DNA of 64,000 nt from Acidobacteriota bacterium (GCA_018268955.1 JAFDVO010000012.1:128215-192214), one strand, 5' to 3'. Shown: positions 48,040 to 57,700, numbered from the stretch's first letter. Notes: a model not told the origin generated them from the letters alone. Numbers and translations are program-made.

Positions 48040-49017
48040 ATGGCTGAAGAGACCGCTGCTGCCTCCGCCGGACGCCGGTACCTCATGCCCGCCGCGAAAA
48101 TCGCGGTGAGCCTGCTGCTGCTCTACTTCCTGTTCTCCCGCGTCGACATCGCCAAAATCTGGTCCAGCGCCCGTCAGGCGTCGCTGCCGTGGATCGTGGC
48201 GGCCCTCGTCGTGTGGACGCTGAACGTGCTTGCGAGCACGTGGCGCTGGCACCTGCTGCTGACGGCGCAGGACGTGCAGTTGCCGCGCAAGGAGCTGTTC
48301 AACTCGCTCCTGGTCGCCAACTTCTTCAACAACTTCCTCCCGAGCAACATCGGGGGCGACGTGATCCGCATCCGCGACACGGCGCCCGCGGCGCAGTCGA
48401 CGACGCTCGCCGCGACGGTGGTGCTCGTCGATCGCGGGCTCGGCCTGATGGGGCTCGTGCTGATTGCGGCGCTGGGCGCGAGCATGGCCGTCAGCCTGCA
48501 CGGCCAAGGCGTCCTCCCTGTCTGGCCGTCGTGGCTGTGGCTCGGCTTCTTCGCGAGCGCGGCGGTCGCCGTCCCGGCGATGTACTCGCCCGAGGGGCTC
48601 GGCAAGGTGCTGCGACCACTCACGTGGGTGCACCCCGAATGGGTGGGTCGCCAGATTCAGCACCTCACCGACACGCTCGCCCGCTTCCGCGAGAAGCCAT
48701 CGTCGTTGATCGGCTGCTTCGGCGGCGCCGTCATCGTTCAGGCGCTGGTGGTCATCTTCTACGTGATGGTCGTCAGGGCGCTGCACATCCCGGTGACCGC
48801 GCAGGACCTCGCCGTCATCGTGCCGCTCTCGATCGTGGTCCAGATGCTGCCGGTGTCGGTGAACGGCTTCGGCGTCCGCGAGGCGACGTTCTCGTTCTAC
48901 TTCACGCGCGTCGGCCTGCCGATCGAGCAGGCGGTGCTGCTGTCGCTCGTGGCGGCCGGCATCACGATGCTGCACTCGCTCAGCGGCGCAGCGGTCTACG
49001 TCACCCGCAAGCGCTGA
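48040..49017 (+). CDS. Flippase-like / lysylphosphatidylglycerol-synthase-TM (UPF0104) membrane protein, copy 1
   Basis: KIAVSLLLLYFLFSRVDIAKIW..., W RWHLLL, FFNNFLPSNIGGDVIRI: the hallmark of the LPG_synthase_TM family. About 8 TM. Confidence 0.8.
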   Translation: MAEETAAASAGRRYLMPAAKIAVSLLLLYFLFSRVDIAKIWSSARQASLPWIVAALVVWTLNVLASTWRWHLLLTAQDVQLPRKELFNSLLVANFFNNFLPSNIGGDVIRIRDTAPAAQSTTLAATVVLVDRGLGLMGLVLIAALGASMAVSLHGQGVLPVWPSWLWLGFFASAAVAVPAMYSPEGLGKVLRPLTWVHPEWVGRQIQHLTDTLARFREKPSSLIGCFGGAVIVQALVVIFYVMVVRALHIPVTAQDLAVIVPLSIVVQMLPVSVNGFGVREATFSFYFTRVGLPIEQAVLLSLVAAGITMLHSLSGAAVYVTRKR

Positions 49018-49021
49018 CTGG

Positions 49022-50209
49022 ATGAACCCCGCCGGTCGCGATACCGCCTTCCTCGAACAGGCGTACTGGATCGTCCTCAATCGTCCGCCCTCGGCGATCG
49101 AGCTCGCGGACCAACGGCTGACCCATCTCAACAGCGACCAGGTCACGCTCTCGCGCGGCCTGCTCCACTCGAACGAGTTCCGTCGCCTGCGCGCCGCCTG
49201 GCGTGCTGGCCAGGAGACGCACGCGGACCCCGCGGCACTCGAGCGCGCGCTGGTTGCGATCGGCCCAGACCCGTTCTTCGTCGAGCGCGTCTACGAGAGC
49301 CTGCTGGCGCGGAAGCCTGACGATGGGGGCGCGGCGCACTATGTGGGCGTGCTCGCGCGCGGCGAGCGGCGGACGAACGTGGCGCGCGCCATGGCGCTCT
49401 CGGACGAGTTCGAGACGCGCTGGTCGGCGGTTCCCTGCGACACGCAGCTCTGCGAACTGGCCAACCCGGCGAAGTGGGACAACCCGGAGTGGATGGACCT
49501 GCTCCGGAGCCTCGGCCTCTCGGACGATCGCTTCTCCATGCACCGGAAGCCCTACGAGCTGACGCAGTTCGTCTACGGCTGCACCAGGCTCGGGGCGCTC
49601 ACCGCTGACGCGGAGGTGCTCAGTGTCGGCGCGGGTCACGAGATCGTGCTCTACTGGCTGGCCAATCGCGTGAAGCACGTGGTGGCCACGGACCTGTACG
49701 AGGGGTACTGGACCGAGCGGCGTGGCCGTGAAGGCGATCCGTCCGTGCTCGAACGGCCCGACGAGTTCGCGCCGTTCCCCTACCGGCAGGACCGCTTGAC
49801 GTTCATGAAGATGGACGGTCGCCAGCTGGACTTCCCGGACAACCACTTCGACATCGCGTACTCGCTCTCGTCCATCGAGCACTTCGGCGGGGTCGACGGC
49901 GCGGCGCAGACAATCCGGGAAATGACGCGCGTGCTCCGGCCGGGCGGCATCCTTGCGCTCGCGACCGAGTACGCGCTGGACGGGCCTCCGGGCGAGGACG
50001 TGTTCCAGCCCCATGAGATCCACCAGCTCATCGCGCAGCCCGGGCTGCAACTGGTCGAGCCGATCGACGAAGCGGTGTGGAAGCGCTACAGTACCGTCCC
50101 GGTCGACGTGGTGCACGATCCGTATCGGACGCCGCACATGGTCGTGCACGTCTTCGACACGGTCTTCACTTCGGTAATGTTGTTCCTCCGGAAGCTTCCG
50201 TCGGCGTGA
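49022..50209 (+). CDS. DUF4214-like repeats fused to a class I SAM-dependent methyltransferase
   Basis: Two FVERVYESLLARKPDDGGAAHYVGVL-type DUF4214 repeats at the N-terminus. C-terminal MTase motifs VLSVGAGHEIVLYWL, FDIAYSLSSIEHFGG, VLRPGGILALATEY. Confidence 0.75.
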   Translation: MNPAGRDTAFLEQAYWIVLNRPPSAIELADQRLTHLNSDQVTLSRGLLHSNEFRRLRAAWRAGQETHADPAALERALVAIGPDPFFVERVYESLLARKPDDGGAAHYVGVLARGERRTNVARAMALSDEFETRWSAVPCDTQLCELANPAKWDNPEWMDLLRSLGLSDDRFSMHRKPYELTQFVYGCTRLGALTADAEVLSVGAGHEIVLYWLANRVKHVVATDLYEGYWTERRGREGDPSVLERPDEFAPFPYRQDRLTFMKMDGRQLDFPDNHFDIAYSLSSIEHFGGVDGAAQTIREMTRVLRPGGILALATEYALDGPPGEDVFQPHEIHQLIAQPGLQLVEPIDEAVWKRYSTVPVDVVHDPYRTPHMVVHVFDTVFTSVMLFLRKLPSA

Positions 50210-52052
50210 CCGGCCTGAACCGGAGCTGGGCCCCCAGGTTCCGGTAGTCCATGTTCCCCGGCTCGAGCAGGTGCGGCACGAACCCCTCCGTCGAGTGCGT
50301 CACCAGCAGGTAGTTGTAGTCCCCGAATCCCCGCACGCCTGACGCCGGCACGTTGAAGTACGCGACCTTCTTCGGCTGCAGCGCCACCCGGACCGGCGTG
50401 CTCCCCAGTGAGATCGTGATCACCGTGGGCACCGGAGACTCGGCCTCGAATTGCACGTACTGCACCGGGAACGCGGTGCGCATGATGATCTCCGACCGAC
50501 CGCTTCCCGAGATCCACATGCCGTTCGGTTCCGGCGGCCACGAATTCTGATCGAGGTGGTACAGCAGGACGCCGGGATCGGTGCGGTACTGCACGTGCCC
50601 GCGAAGCGGCTGCGCCAGGCGCACCGGCAGGTCGTTCGCCATCGTCAACTCGACGGGGAGCCGACGGGCGGGTCCTTTCTCCATGGGGAGAAACGGGAAC
50701 TTGGCCGCGACGAACGGGTTGATGAGCATCTTGGCGGTGAACAGCGCACCACCCACCCACGCCAACACCCCTGGGGTCAGTGACACTCCTGGCGGGATCA
50801 GGAACAGCAGCACCGGATAGGCCGTGAAGAAGTACCGATTGCCGGGCGGACCGCCGCCGCCGCTCCAGGTCCACGGCAGCAGGATCAGCAGTCCGAGGGC
50901 GGCGGCAACCACCGCGCCGAAGGCGAGCAGGCGCCACGCCTGCACGCGCGCCTCGCGTGACAGCGCCCACGCGACAATGGCGACCACACCGGGGAAGAAG
51001 TACGGGACGAAGCCGAAGTGCCGGCCGATGAGGAAGTACTCGACGTTGTGCGCGAAGCGGAACGGCGCGTCCTCTGAGCGCAGGACCTCCTGTGGCGTGG
51101 ACGTATCTGTCGTGACCATGCCGCCACGGCGTTCCCACGTCCCGGTGCCGTCAGGCGCGTCGAACGGGAAGCTCGCGTAGAACGTCTTGCGATCGCCGCC
51201 CTGATAGTTGAACTCTCCCGTCACCACGGCGTTCAGGCCGAACAGCGCGCACGCCACGACGACGGCCACGAACCCGGCGACGAACCCGTGCACCCACCGG
51301 CGCCGCCACCAGGCGAGCAGGACGATCGGCGCGACGAGCACCGCCGTGGGCAGCGGCTTCGAGTACGTGCCGAGCCCAAGGATCACAGCCGCGGCGAGCG
51401 TCGTCCATGGCCGCGCCAACACGGAGTCGGAACGCACTTCCTTGTAGAGCCAGAGGAAGTAGGCCGTCAGGACCAGCGTGAAGTTGAAGATCTCCGGCAT
51501 GAGGAACACGCCGTAGACCGGCAGGATCGACGCGCCAAGGAACGCGGTCGTGAGTGCGGCCGCACTCGACGGCGTGCGCTGCGCGGCGAGGAAGAGATAG
51601 GCGCAGACACCCGAGAGGGCAATCAGCACGGCGTGGAAGAGCAGGATGCCGTTGACGCCGAAGAACCGCACGAACGGCGCGACCATGACCGAATAGGCCA
51701 TCGCCTTCCCGAAGTAGAGCCGGTTGCGGTTCGGATCCTCGCGCTTGAGGATGCGGACGAAGGGGAACGCACTCGTGCCCCGAATCCGCATCACCTTGCC
51801 GCGCTTCAGGAAGATGCCGTCGGGCCCGCTGTGGTAGATGCCGGCAAACCGCTCGAGGTCCTTGCGCTCGTACTGGAGGTCCCCGTCATAGGCTGCGCTC
51901 AACGCCGCCATGATGTAAGTCGCCTCGTCGCTCTTCAGGCCGTACGTCGTCCGGGGCACGTCGATCGCAAGCGCCGCAGCGGCCATGGCGACGAAGAGCA
52001 CGAGGCCGAGCACCGCGGCACCGCGATGGCTCACCGGTCGGTCCGTGGTCAT
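50166..52052 (-). CDS. GT-C-type polytopic glycosyltransferase (ArnT/PMT, GT39/83-like) with a C-terminal beta-rich domain
   Basis: First periplasmic loop carries the acidic motif YGLKSDEATYIMAA. About 11+ TM helices, then a ~190-aa soluble C-terminus. 4-nt overlap with the upstream GT4. Confidence 0.7.
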   Translation of the reverse strand: MTTDRPVSHRGAAVLGLVLFVAMAAAALAIDVPRTTYGLKSDEATYIMAALSAAYDGDLQYERKDLERFAGIYHSGPDGIFLKRGKVMRIRGTSAFPFVRILKREDPNRNRLYFGKAMAYSVMVAPFVRFFGVNGILLFHAVLIALSGVCAYLFLAAQRTPSSAAALTTAFLGASILPVYGVFLMPEIFNFTLVLTAYFLWLYKEVRSDSVLARPWTTLAAAVILGLGTYSKPLPTAVLVAPIVLLAWWRRRWVHGFVAGFVAVVVACALFGLNAVVTGEFNYQGGDRKTFYASFPFDAPDGTGTWERRGGMVTTDTSTPQEVLRSEDAPFRFAHNVEYFLIGRHFGFVPYFFPGVVAIVAWALSREARVQAWRLLAFGAVVAAALGLLILLPWTWSGGGGPPGNRYFFTAYPVLLFLIPPGVSLTPGVLAWVGGALFTAKMLINPFVAAKFPFLPMEKGPARRLPVELTMANDLPVRLAQPLRGHVQYRTDPGVLLYHLDQNSWPPEPNGMWISGSGRSEIIMRTAFPVQYVQFEAESPVPTVITISLGSTPVRVALQPKKVAYFNVPASGVRGFGDYNYLLVTHSTEGFVPHLLEPGNMDYRNLGAQLRFRPVTPTEASGGTTLPK

Positions 52053-53302
52053 CGCGGCGTGCGGCGGGAGTCCAGGAACGACAGATCCGCAGAGACGAGC
52101 CCTCGCGGCTGCCCCGCCTGGGTGGCGTCGTGCAGCAGTTCATACAAGCGTTCCATCTTGTGGACGAACGTCATGATGTCGTACTCGCGGCCGGTCACGC
52201 GGGCATTGGCTGACAGTCGCGCACGCTCGGCCGGATTGTCCATGGCCCAGACGATCTTCGCGGCCAGTGCTGCCGCGTCGCGGCGTGGCACGATGACCGC
52301 GTCGCGCGTATCGGTGAGGATGTCGAGCAGGCCATCGGCGTCGGTGGCCACGATCGGCTTGCCCATCGCGAGCGCCTCGAAGGCGGTGATTGGCGTGCCC
52401 TCCCACAGCGACGGGAAGACACTGAGGTCGAACGCTGACAGGGTACCGGCGACGTCGCGCCGGAACCCGGCAAAAACGAACCGGTCGCCGAGGCCAAGGG
52501 CCGCCGCCTGTGCCTGCAGGTCAGGCAGCAGCGGGCCCTCCCCCACGAGAAAGAAGCGCGCGTGAGGCCGCTCGCGCAGCACGAGGGCGGCCGCATCGAT
52601 GAGGTAGCTGTTCCCTTTCGAGTCGTGAAGGCGCGTGATGGTGCCGATGGCGAAGTCGCCTGGCACCAGGCCAAGCTCGGCGCGGACAGCCGCCACGTCC
52701 GCGGCGTCACGGTCGCGACTGAACTCCTCGAGCGGAACGCCGAGATAGACGACACGCACCTTCTTCTCGGGAATGAGCCGCGCCTGCACCACGAAGTCCG
52801 CCGTGCTCTTGGACACGGCGATGGCGATGTCGGTGAAGGGTTCGAGCGCGCGGTCCGCCACCTTCTGGAACCACGGCGTGTCGGTCAGGTTCGCATGCTC
52901 GTGCACGATCGTGGGAATTCCCCGAAGGGCGCCGACCATCCGTCCGAACGTTGTCGCTCCGTAGCCATGCAGGTGCAGGATGTCGATCTTCTTGCGGTCG
53001 ACGACCTTCAGCATCGCCGGAAGCGTGAACGGGTCGAACTTGCCACGCTCGAGGTAGGCGATGTCGATGCCGAGCGCATCGAGCGTCTCCTCGGAGAGGT
53101 CCTTCTTCCTGAGGCTGACCAGTGAGACGTTGAACCGCGATCGATCGAATCGCGGGATCATCCAGCTGAACAGTCGTTTGACGCCGTGCATGCGCGACCC
53201 TTCCCACCCGAGGTGGTCGCAGACCTGCAGGACATTGAGCGGCCGATTGGTCACGAGTGTTCCTATATTGACACCGACCGGACCGGGCCGTACACTCGCC
53301 AT
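52049..53302 (-). CDS. Glycosyltransferase family 4 (GT-B)
   Basis: LNVLQVCDHLG..., DILHLHGYGATTFG, VFPSLWEGTPITAFEALAMGKPIVATDADG (EX7E region). Confidence 0.88.
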   Translation of the reverse strand: MASVRPGPVGVNIGTLVTNRPLNVLQVCDHLGWEGSRMHGVKRLFSWMIPRFDRSRFNVSLVSLRKKDLSEETLDALGIDIAYLERGKFDPFTLPAMLKVVDRKKIDILHLHGYGATTFGRMVGALRGIPTIVHEHANLTDTPWFQKVADRALEPFTDIAIAVSKSTADFVVQARLIPEKKVRVVYLGVPLEEFSRDRDAADVAAVRAELGLVPGDFAIGTITRLHDSKGNSYLIDAAALVLRERPHARFFLVGEGPLLPDLQAQAAALGLGDRFVFAGFRRDVAGTLSAFDLSVFPSLWEGTPITAFEALAMGKPIVATDADGLLDILTDTRDAVIVPRRDAAALAAKIVWAMDNPAERARLSANARVTGREYDIMTFVHKMERLYELLHDATQAGQPRGLVSADLSFLDSRRTPR

Positions 53303-53464
53303 CGCCTACCTGAGATTTTCGCGGTCCGGGATCCCAGCCCACACCGCACACCGATCGTCATCGACCTTTCCGTCCTGCTATAGAACGTCGGCGTCCGGCC
53401 CGATACACCGGATGCGCCGGCCAAAACAGTGTTGGCACCCGCGCGTGGGTGCAGGGTTTCGGAT

Positions 53465-54595
53465 ATGCGAAAGTGCACGCGACTGCTGTGGCTCCCGCTC
53501 CTCCTGGGGTTGGGTGGCTGCGAACTCACGAAGACAGAGAATCCCCTCAGCCCGTCGGTCGCCGGACCGATTGCGGGCGTTGACATCTCGGCTCCCAAGC
53601 TCCTCGAGCCTGCCTCCGGCGCGCTCATCTCGGGCGACCGGCAGCCCATCACCCTGCTGATCGAGAACGCCTCATCGACCGGGCAACGGCCGCTCAACTA
53701 CTCGTTCGAGGTCTCGACCGACCCCTCCTTCTCGAACAAGGTGTTCCAGCGTGACGGGATCTCGCCTGGGGACAACGGGCGCACGGCACTGACGCTGCCG
53801 AACGCCCTCGGGTCAGGACGCGGGTACTACTGGCGTTCACGGGCGCAGGACGGCGCAAACACCGGCCCCTTTTCCGCTCCGGTCGGCTTCAACATCTTCA
53901 CGCCGGTTGCGTTCGACAAGCCGGTCCCGATCTCGCCGGTGGCGAACGCCAAGGTCAGCAGCTACACGCCTGAATTCCGCTTTGCCAACGCGCCGCGCCA
54001 GGGCTCTCCGAGCCTCGTGAGCTACGTCATCGAGGTCTCCACCAACAGCGCGTTCGCGGGAATCATCGCGGCGTGGCAGTTCCCCGAGCAGGCCAACGAA
54101 ACCAAGTTCACCGCGGCCTCCGGCCTGCCGCCTTCATCTCAACTCTACTGGCGGGTGCGCGCCTTCGAAGGCGGCGCACTGGGCCCCTGGTCCGACACGG
54201 CCTCGTTCGTCACGCCGACACCGGTGGCGCCTCCCAGTGGCGGCGGCGGCACGGGCGCGGGTGCGGCCTGCTCGAATACGAGCCAGCTCGGCATCGTGAC
54301 CTGTCGCCGGAACCAGTTCACCGGTCACATGGACGCGGGCCAGGTCATCGTCTTCCTGAAGGGCATCGCGAGCGACCTGAACAAGGCTGGCACCTGGGGC
54401 ACGGGCTACGGCCTGCTGCGCAAGAGCAGCGGCTCGAGCTGCGGCGGGTACTCGTGCGACATCATCTGCCAGGGGTCGGGCACGTCGCAGAAGCAGTACG
54501 ACGTGCTGATCGACTCCGACGGCACGCAGGGTCCGATCTGGGGCGGCCCGAAGGTCTACCCGGACATCCGCATGGACTCCTGCGACGTGCCGTAG
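53465..54595 (+). CDS. Lipoprotein with two ~100-aa Ig/FN3-like modules and a Cys-rich C-terminal domain
   Basis: Lipobox LLLGLGGC. Two internal repeats end in YYWRSRAQDGANTGPFSAPVGFNIFTP and LYWRVRAFEGGALGPWSDTASFVTPTP. C-terminal ~115 aa contain 6 Cys. Start at ATG 53465. Confidence 0.75.
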   Translation: MRKCTRLLWLPLLLGLGGCELTKTENPLSPSVAGPIAGVDISAPKLLEPASGALISGDRQPITLLIENASSTGQRPLNYSFEVSTDPSFSNKVFQRDGISPGDNGRTALTLPNALGSGRGYYWRSRAQDGANTGPFSAPVGFNIFTPVAFDKPVPISPVANAKVSSYTPEFRFANAPRQGSPSLVSYVIEVSTNSAFAGIIAAWQFPEQANETKFTAASGLPPSSQLYWRVRAFEGGALGPWSDTASFVTPTPVAPPSGGGGTGAGAACSNTSQLGIVTCRRNQFTGHMDAGQVIVFLKGIASDLNKAGTWGTGYGLLRKSSGSSCGGYSCDIICQGSGTSQKQYDVLIDSDGTQGPIWGGPKVYPDIRMDSCDVP

Positions 54596-54604
54596 GCCCA
54601 TCCA

Positions 54605-54645
54605 ACAAAAAGGCCGGGCGGGAGCAATCCCGCCCGGCCTTTTCC
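54605..54645. terminator. Bidirectional intrinsic terminator
   Basis: A perfect 13-bp stem AGGCCGGGCGGGA / TCCCGCCCGGCCT with a GCAA tetraloop. It is flanked by AAAA upstream and TTTCC downstream, between convergent genes. Confidence 0.85.
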
Positions 54646-54722
54646 GTCTCCGCGGTCGAACCGACCCGACCTGTCCGCTGTTTCGAAGCTCCGTTGCCGG
54701 CGCTTGAGTTCGTGAAACGCGC

Positions 54723-55457
54723 TTAGAAGTTGTAACGGATGCCGACGCCGATCTGCATGCCGCCGACGTTCTGCTTCTTCGCGGCCGAGGGCAGCTGCAC
54801 CTTGGCGCCGGCGTAGCGCGCGACCACGCCGATCCCGACCTTCTCGGTCAGATTGTAGTTGGCGCCGATGGACGCATTGATGCCCGTGCCGTTCGCGCTC
54901 TCCGAGGCGCTCGTGACGGTGATGTTCTGCGTGCCCTGCGCCACGGTGAAGCCGCTGACGATGTCCTGCTTCAACTTGAAGATGGCCGGACCGACGCCGC
55001 CGACGAAGTCGATCTTGTCGGTGAGCGCGCGCGTGTAGAGCACCTGCGGGAGGATACCCAGTTCGGAGTGCTTCAGCCCGGTCACGGTACCGGTCACGGT
55101 CTTCGCGCGATTGAAGAAGAGCGGGTCAGGCACGCTCGCCGTGTACGCCGCATCGCCGGTCTTCGAGAACATCGACACCGTGACGCCGACATACACATCG
55201 CCGAACACGCGGTAGCCCGCGCCAAAGTCCGGGAGGATGCCGCGTCCGATCGGCGTCGACGCCGACAGGGTCGCCTGCTCCTCATACACGGTGAGCGACG
55301 ATGCGGTGTCAAGGTTGCGCGGCGCGAGCTGCCCGCCGATGTTGGCGCTCACGAAGAACTTGGACGTGGACGGCGCGGGGGTCTGAGCGCTGGCGAACGG
55401 GACGGCGCAGAACGCCAGGACCGCCGCAAGTCCGCACACCTTCATCATTTGAGCCAT
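54723..55457 (-). CDS. Small outer-membrane beta-barrel protein (OmpW/OmpA-N-like)
   Basis: SD AGGAG 6 nt before ATG 55457. Signal peptide MAQMMKVCGLAAVLAFCAVPFASAQ. Alternating strands, and a C-terminal beta-signal GVGIRYNF. Confidence 0.7.
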   Translation of the reverse strand: MAQMMKVCGLAAVLAFCAVPFASAQTPAPSTSKFFVSANIGGQLAPRNLDTASSLTVYEEQATLSASTPIGRGILPDFGAGYRVFGDVYVGVTVSMFSKTGDAAYTASVPDPLFFNRAKTVTGTVTGLKHSELGILPQVLYTRALTDKIDFVGGVGPAIFKLKQDIVSGFTVAQGTQNITVTSASESANGTGINASIGANYNLTEKVGIGVVARYAGAKVQLPSAAKKQNVGGMQIGVGIRYNF

Positions 55458-55600
55458 CAAACTCCTCATTGGAATTGGGGAAGGGCGAATTTCTAAGAGG
55501 AAAATTTCAAAAACCCAAGCAGATGGTAGCACGACACATGGGCTTCGTCGTATCATTCTCGCCACACAAGCCAGTCGGTATTTCGCAAGGAGCAGTTCGA

Positions 55601-56686
55601 ATGCACGGACGCACGTACCTGGCGACCGGCGCCGCGGTGATGCTCAGTTTGACCATCGCCTGCAGCCGTAGCGCCTCGACCCCGGTGACCCCGACGAGTT
55701 CAGCCAAAGCGTCAACGGATGCGGCCGCCGCCGCGGACGGCTCCACGCTGAAAGTCTCCGCCCCGACGCCCACGTCCCCGATCAATAACGACGTCACCGC
55801 AGATCTGACGCCGACCCTCGTCGCCTCGGCGTCGACTGGCAAGTACGCGCAGGGTTCCGTGGCGTACGACTTCGAGCTGTACAACGGCGACAACGTGAAG
55901 ATCCAGACACTGGTGCTGTCGGGCCCGAGTTGGAAGGTCAGCGCGCTCGAGTACGACAAGCCATACAAGTGGCGCGTGCGCGCCACCTCGGACAACGCCT
56001 ACGGGCCGTGGTCTGACTTCGCCTCCTTCAAGACGCCCGAAGGGCGCGGCTACATCCGCGGCAACGAGCTGTACGACCCGCTCACCAACGGTCCCTCGAC
56101 GATCATCACCGCCGCGAACGACGTGACCTGGATTCCCGGGCAGGGCGTGCGCCTCAACGGCCAGGAGAGCTACGTCGAGTGGCGCCTGCAGACGCCGCTC
56201 ACCGATGGCGAGTTCTCCGTCATCATCACCAACCTCGGCAACAGCAACGAGCAGTGGAAGACGAAGGTGATGAGCATGATGGCCGGCGACGGGGTCAACG
56301 TCACCGACAACGCGTTCCGCTTCACGGCGGACCGGCGCAATGCGGATTCCGGCGGCACGGTGCGCTACACGCTCCGTTCACGCGGCGTTGACGCGGGCGA
56401 GCCGAACGCGGGCGGCATGACGTGGAGCCGCGCGAAGCTCTATCTCTGGCGCTTCACGTGGATCAACGGCAGCTCACGGTTGAGCGTGCAGGATGGGGGT
56501 TCCGCTGGCGCGACGGTGAAGTCGGTAGGTGCCAGCTACAAAGCTCCGTACCTGCCCAACCCGCACGTCATCAGGCTCGGGTCCGTCGGTGGGCGCGGCG
56601 GTCCGGAAACGCTTCCCGGCGCGATCTTCCGCAACGTCTGGGTGTCCGCCAACCCGCGGCCCGCGTTCCCGAACGACAACCCCTAG
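55601..56686 (+). CDS. Lipoprotein with one Ig/FN3-like module (paralogous to 53465..54595) plus a ConA/LamG-like C-terminal domain
   Basis: SD AAGGAG, lipobox LSLTIAC, and an S/T/P linker. The module ends PYKWRVRATSDNAYGPWSDFASFKTPEG. The C-terminal ~230 aa are beta-rich (LYLWRFTWINGSSRLSVQDGG). Confidence 0.75.
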   Translation: MHGRTYLATGAAVMLSLTIACSRSASTPVTPTSSAKASTDAAAAADGSTLKVSAPTPTSPINNDVTADLTPTLVASASTGKYAQGSVAYDFELYNGDNVKIQTLVLSGPSWKVSALEYDKPYKWRVRATSDNAYGPWSDFASFKTPEGRGYIRGNELYDPLTNGPSTIITAANDVTWIPGQGVRLNGQESYVEWRLQTPLTDGEFSVIITNLGNSNEQWKTKVMSMMAGDGVNVTDNAFRFTADRRNADSGGTVRYTLRSRGVDAGEPNAGGMTWSRAKLYLWRFTWINGSSRLSVQDGGSAGATVKSVGASYKAPYLPNPHVIRLGSVGGRGGPETLPGAIFRNVWVSANPRPAFPNDNP

Positions 56687-56695
56687 TCCTATCCC

Positions 56696-57700
56696 TTGCC
56701 GGGTCGCCCACGGGCGGCCCGGCACCCGTGTCCAGCCGTGTCTCTCCGCCCGATTGGGCGCATCCTTCGACCGCTCGTCGCGGTCCTGCTCACTGTGTAC
56801 GTCCTCTGGCGCGCCAGCCCATCCGCCGTGCTTCGTGCCGGGGCCGGCACTGACCTTCGCTGGATTGGCCTCGCCATCCTGCTGGTGGTCATCGACCGCG
56901 TGCTGATGGCGTACCGGTGGATCGTGCTGCTCTGCCCGATCGACGACGCATCGCGCCCGCCGATGGGAGCGGTGCTCCGCATCTTCTTCGTGAGCACGTT
57001 CGCCGGGACGTTCCTGCCCGCCAGCATCGGTGGGGACATCGTTCGCGCGTACGGTCTGTCCCAACTGAACGTCGCGCCAGGACAGGCGGTCGCGTCGGTA
57101 CTTATGGATCGGCTCCTCGGCGTCGTCTCGATCCTTGTCGTCGGCGCGGCGGGCCTGTTCTTCGCGCGAACAGGCGATCTCGCTTCGACCCGCGCGATCA
57201 CCCTGTCGCTCCTCGTCGGCGCCGCCGGATCGCTCGCCGCCGCGTCGATCATCTTCAGCGAGCGCGCGGCGGCACTGGCGCAGTGGGTGGCGCTGCGCAT
57301 CCCGGTTGCGGCGATCCGGACGATCGGCGCAGAACTGACGCGCGCCACTCGCGCCTACGGCGCCTTCCACGCCGAACTGGTGAACGTCCTCGCCGGGTCG
57401 ATCGCGGTGCAGGTGCTGCGCATCATCCAGGCCTGGTGTCTCGGCCGCGCGCTCGGCATCGAGGCGCCACTCGCGATCTACTTCGGGTTGATCCCGCTCA
57501 TCCTGCTCGTCATGCTGTTGCCCGTGAGCATCAATGGCATCGGGACGAGCCAGATGGGATTCGTCTGGTTCTTCGGGCGGGCGGGCGTAGCGGAGCCCCA
57601 GGCGTTCGCCCTGTCCGTGCTCTTCGTCGCGCTCGGCGTGATTGGAAACCTGCCGGGCGGGCTGCTCTACGCCTTCGGTCCCCGCCCACCCCGCACATGA
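56696..57700 (+). CDS. Flippase-like / LPG-synthase-TM (UPF0104) membrane protein, copy 2
   Basis: YRWIVLL..., IFFVSTFAGTFLPASIGGDIVRAYGL is the same hallmark as copy 1. The start is uncertain (TTG 56696 or GTG 56738). The stop overlaps the next start (ATGA). Confidence 0.75.
   Translation: MPGRPRAARHPCPAVSLRPIGRILRPLVAVLLTVYVLWRASPSAVLRAGAGTDLRWIGLAILLVVIDRVLMAYRWIVLLCPIDDASRPPMGAVLRIFFVSTFAGTFLPASIGGDIVRAYGLSQLNVAPGQAVASVLMDRLLGVVSILVVGAAGLFFARTGDLASTRAITLSLLVGAAGSLAAASIIFSERAAALAQWVALRIPVAAIRTIGAELTRATRAYGAFHAELVNVLAGSIAVQVLRIIQAWCLGRALGIEAPLAIYFGLIPLILLVMLLPVSINGIGTSQMGFVWFFGRAGVAEPQAFALSVLFVALGVIGNLPGGLLYAFGPRPPRT

Noticed and set aside
53432-53453. TGGCAC upstream of the lipoprotein gene as a sigma-54 promoter
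   Set aside because: The nearest GC-containing -12-like element (GGTGCA) is 5 nt too far away. The site is also only ~20 nt from the ATG. The spacing is incompatible with the -24/-12 geometry.
56917-57696. N-terminal 260 codons of the 946-aa ORF 56917..59757
   Set aside because: This part overlaps flippase-like copy 2 in another frame, with Arg/Pro/Gly-rich sequence. The hydrophobic protein begins at ATG 57697, which is coupled to the upstream stop.
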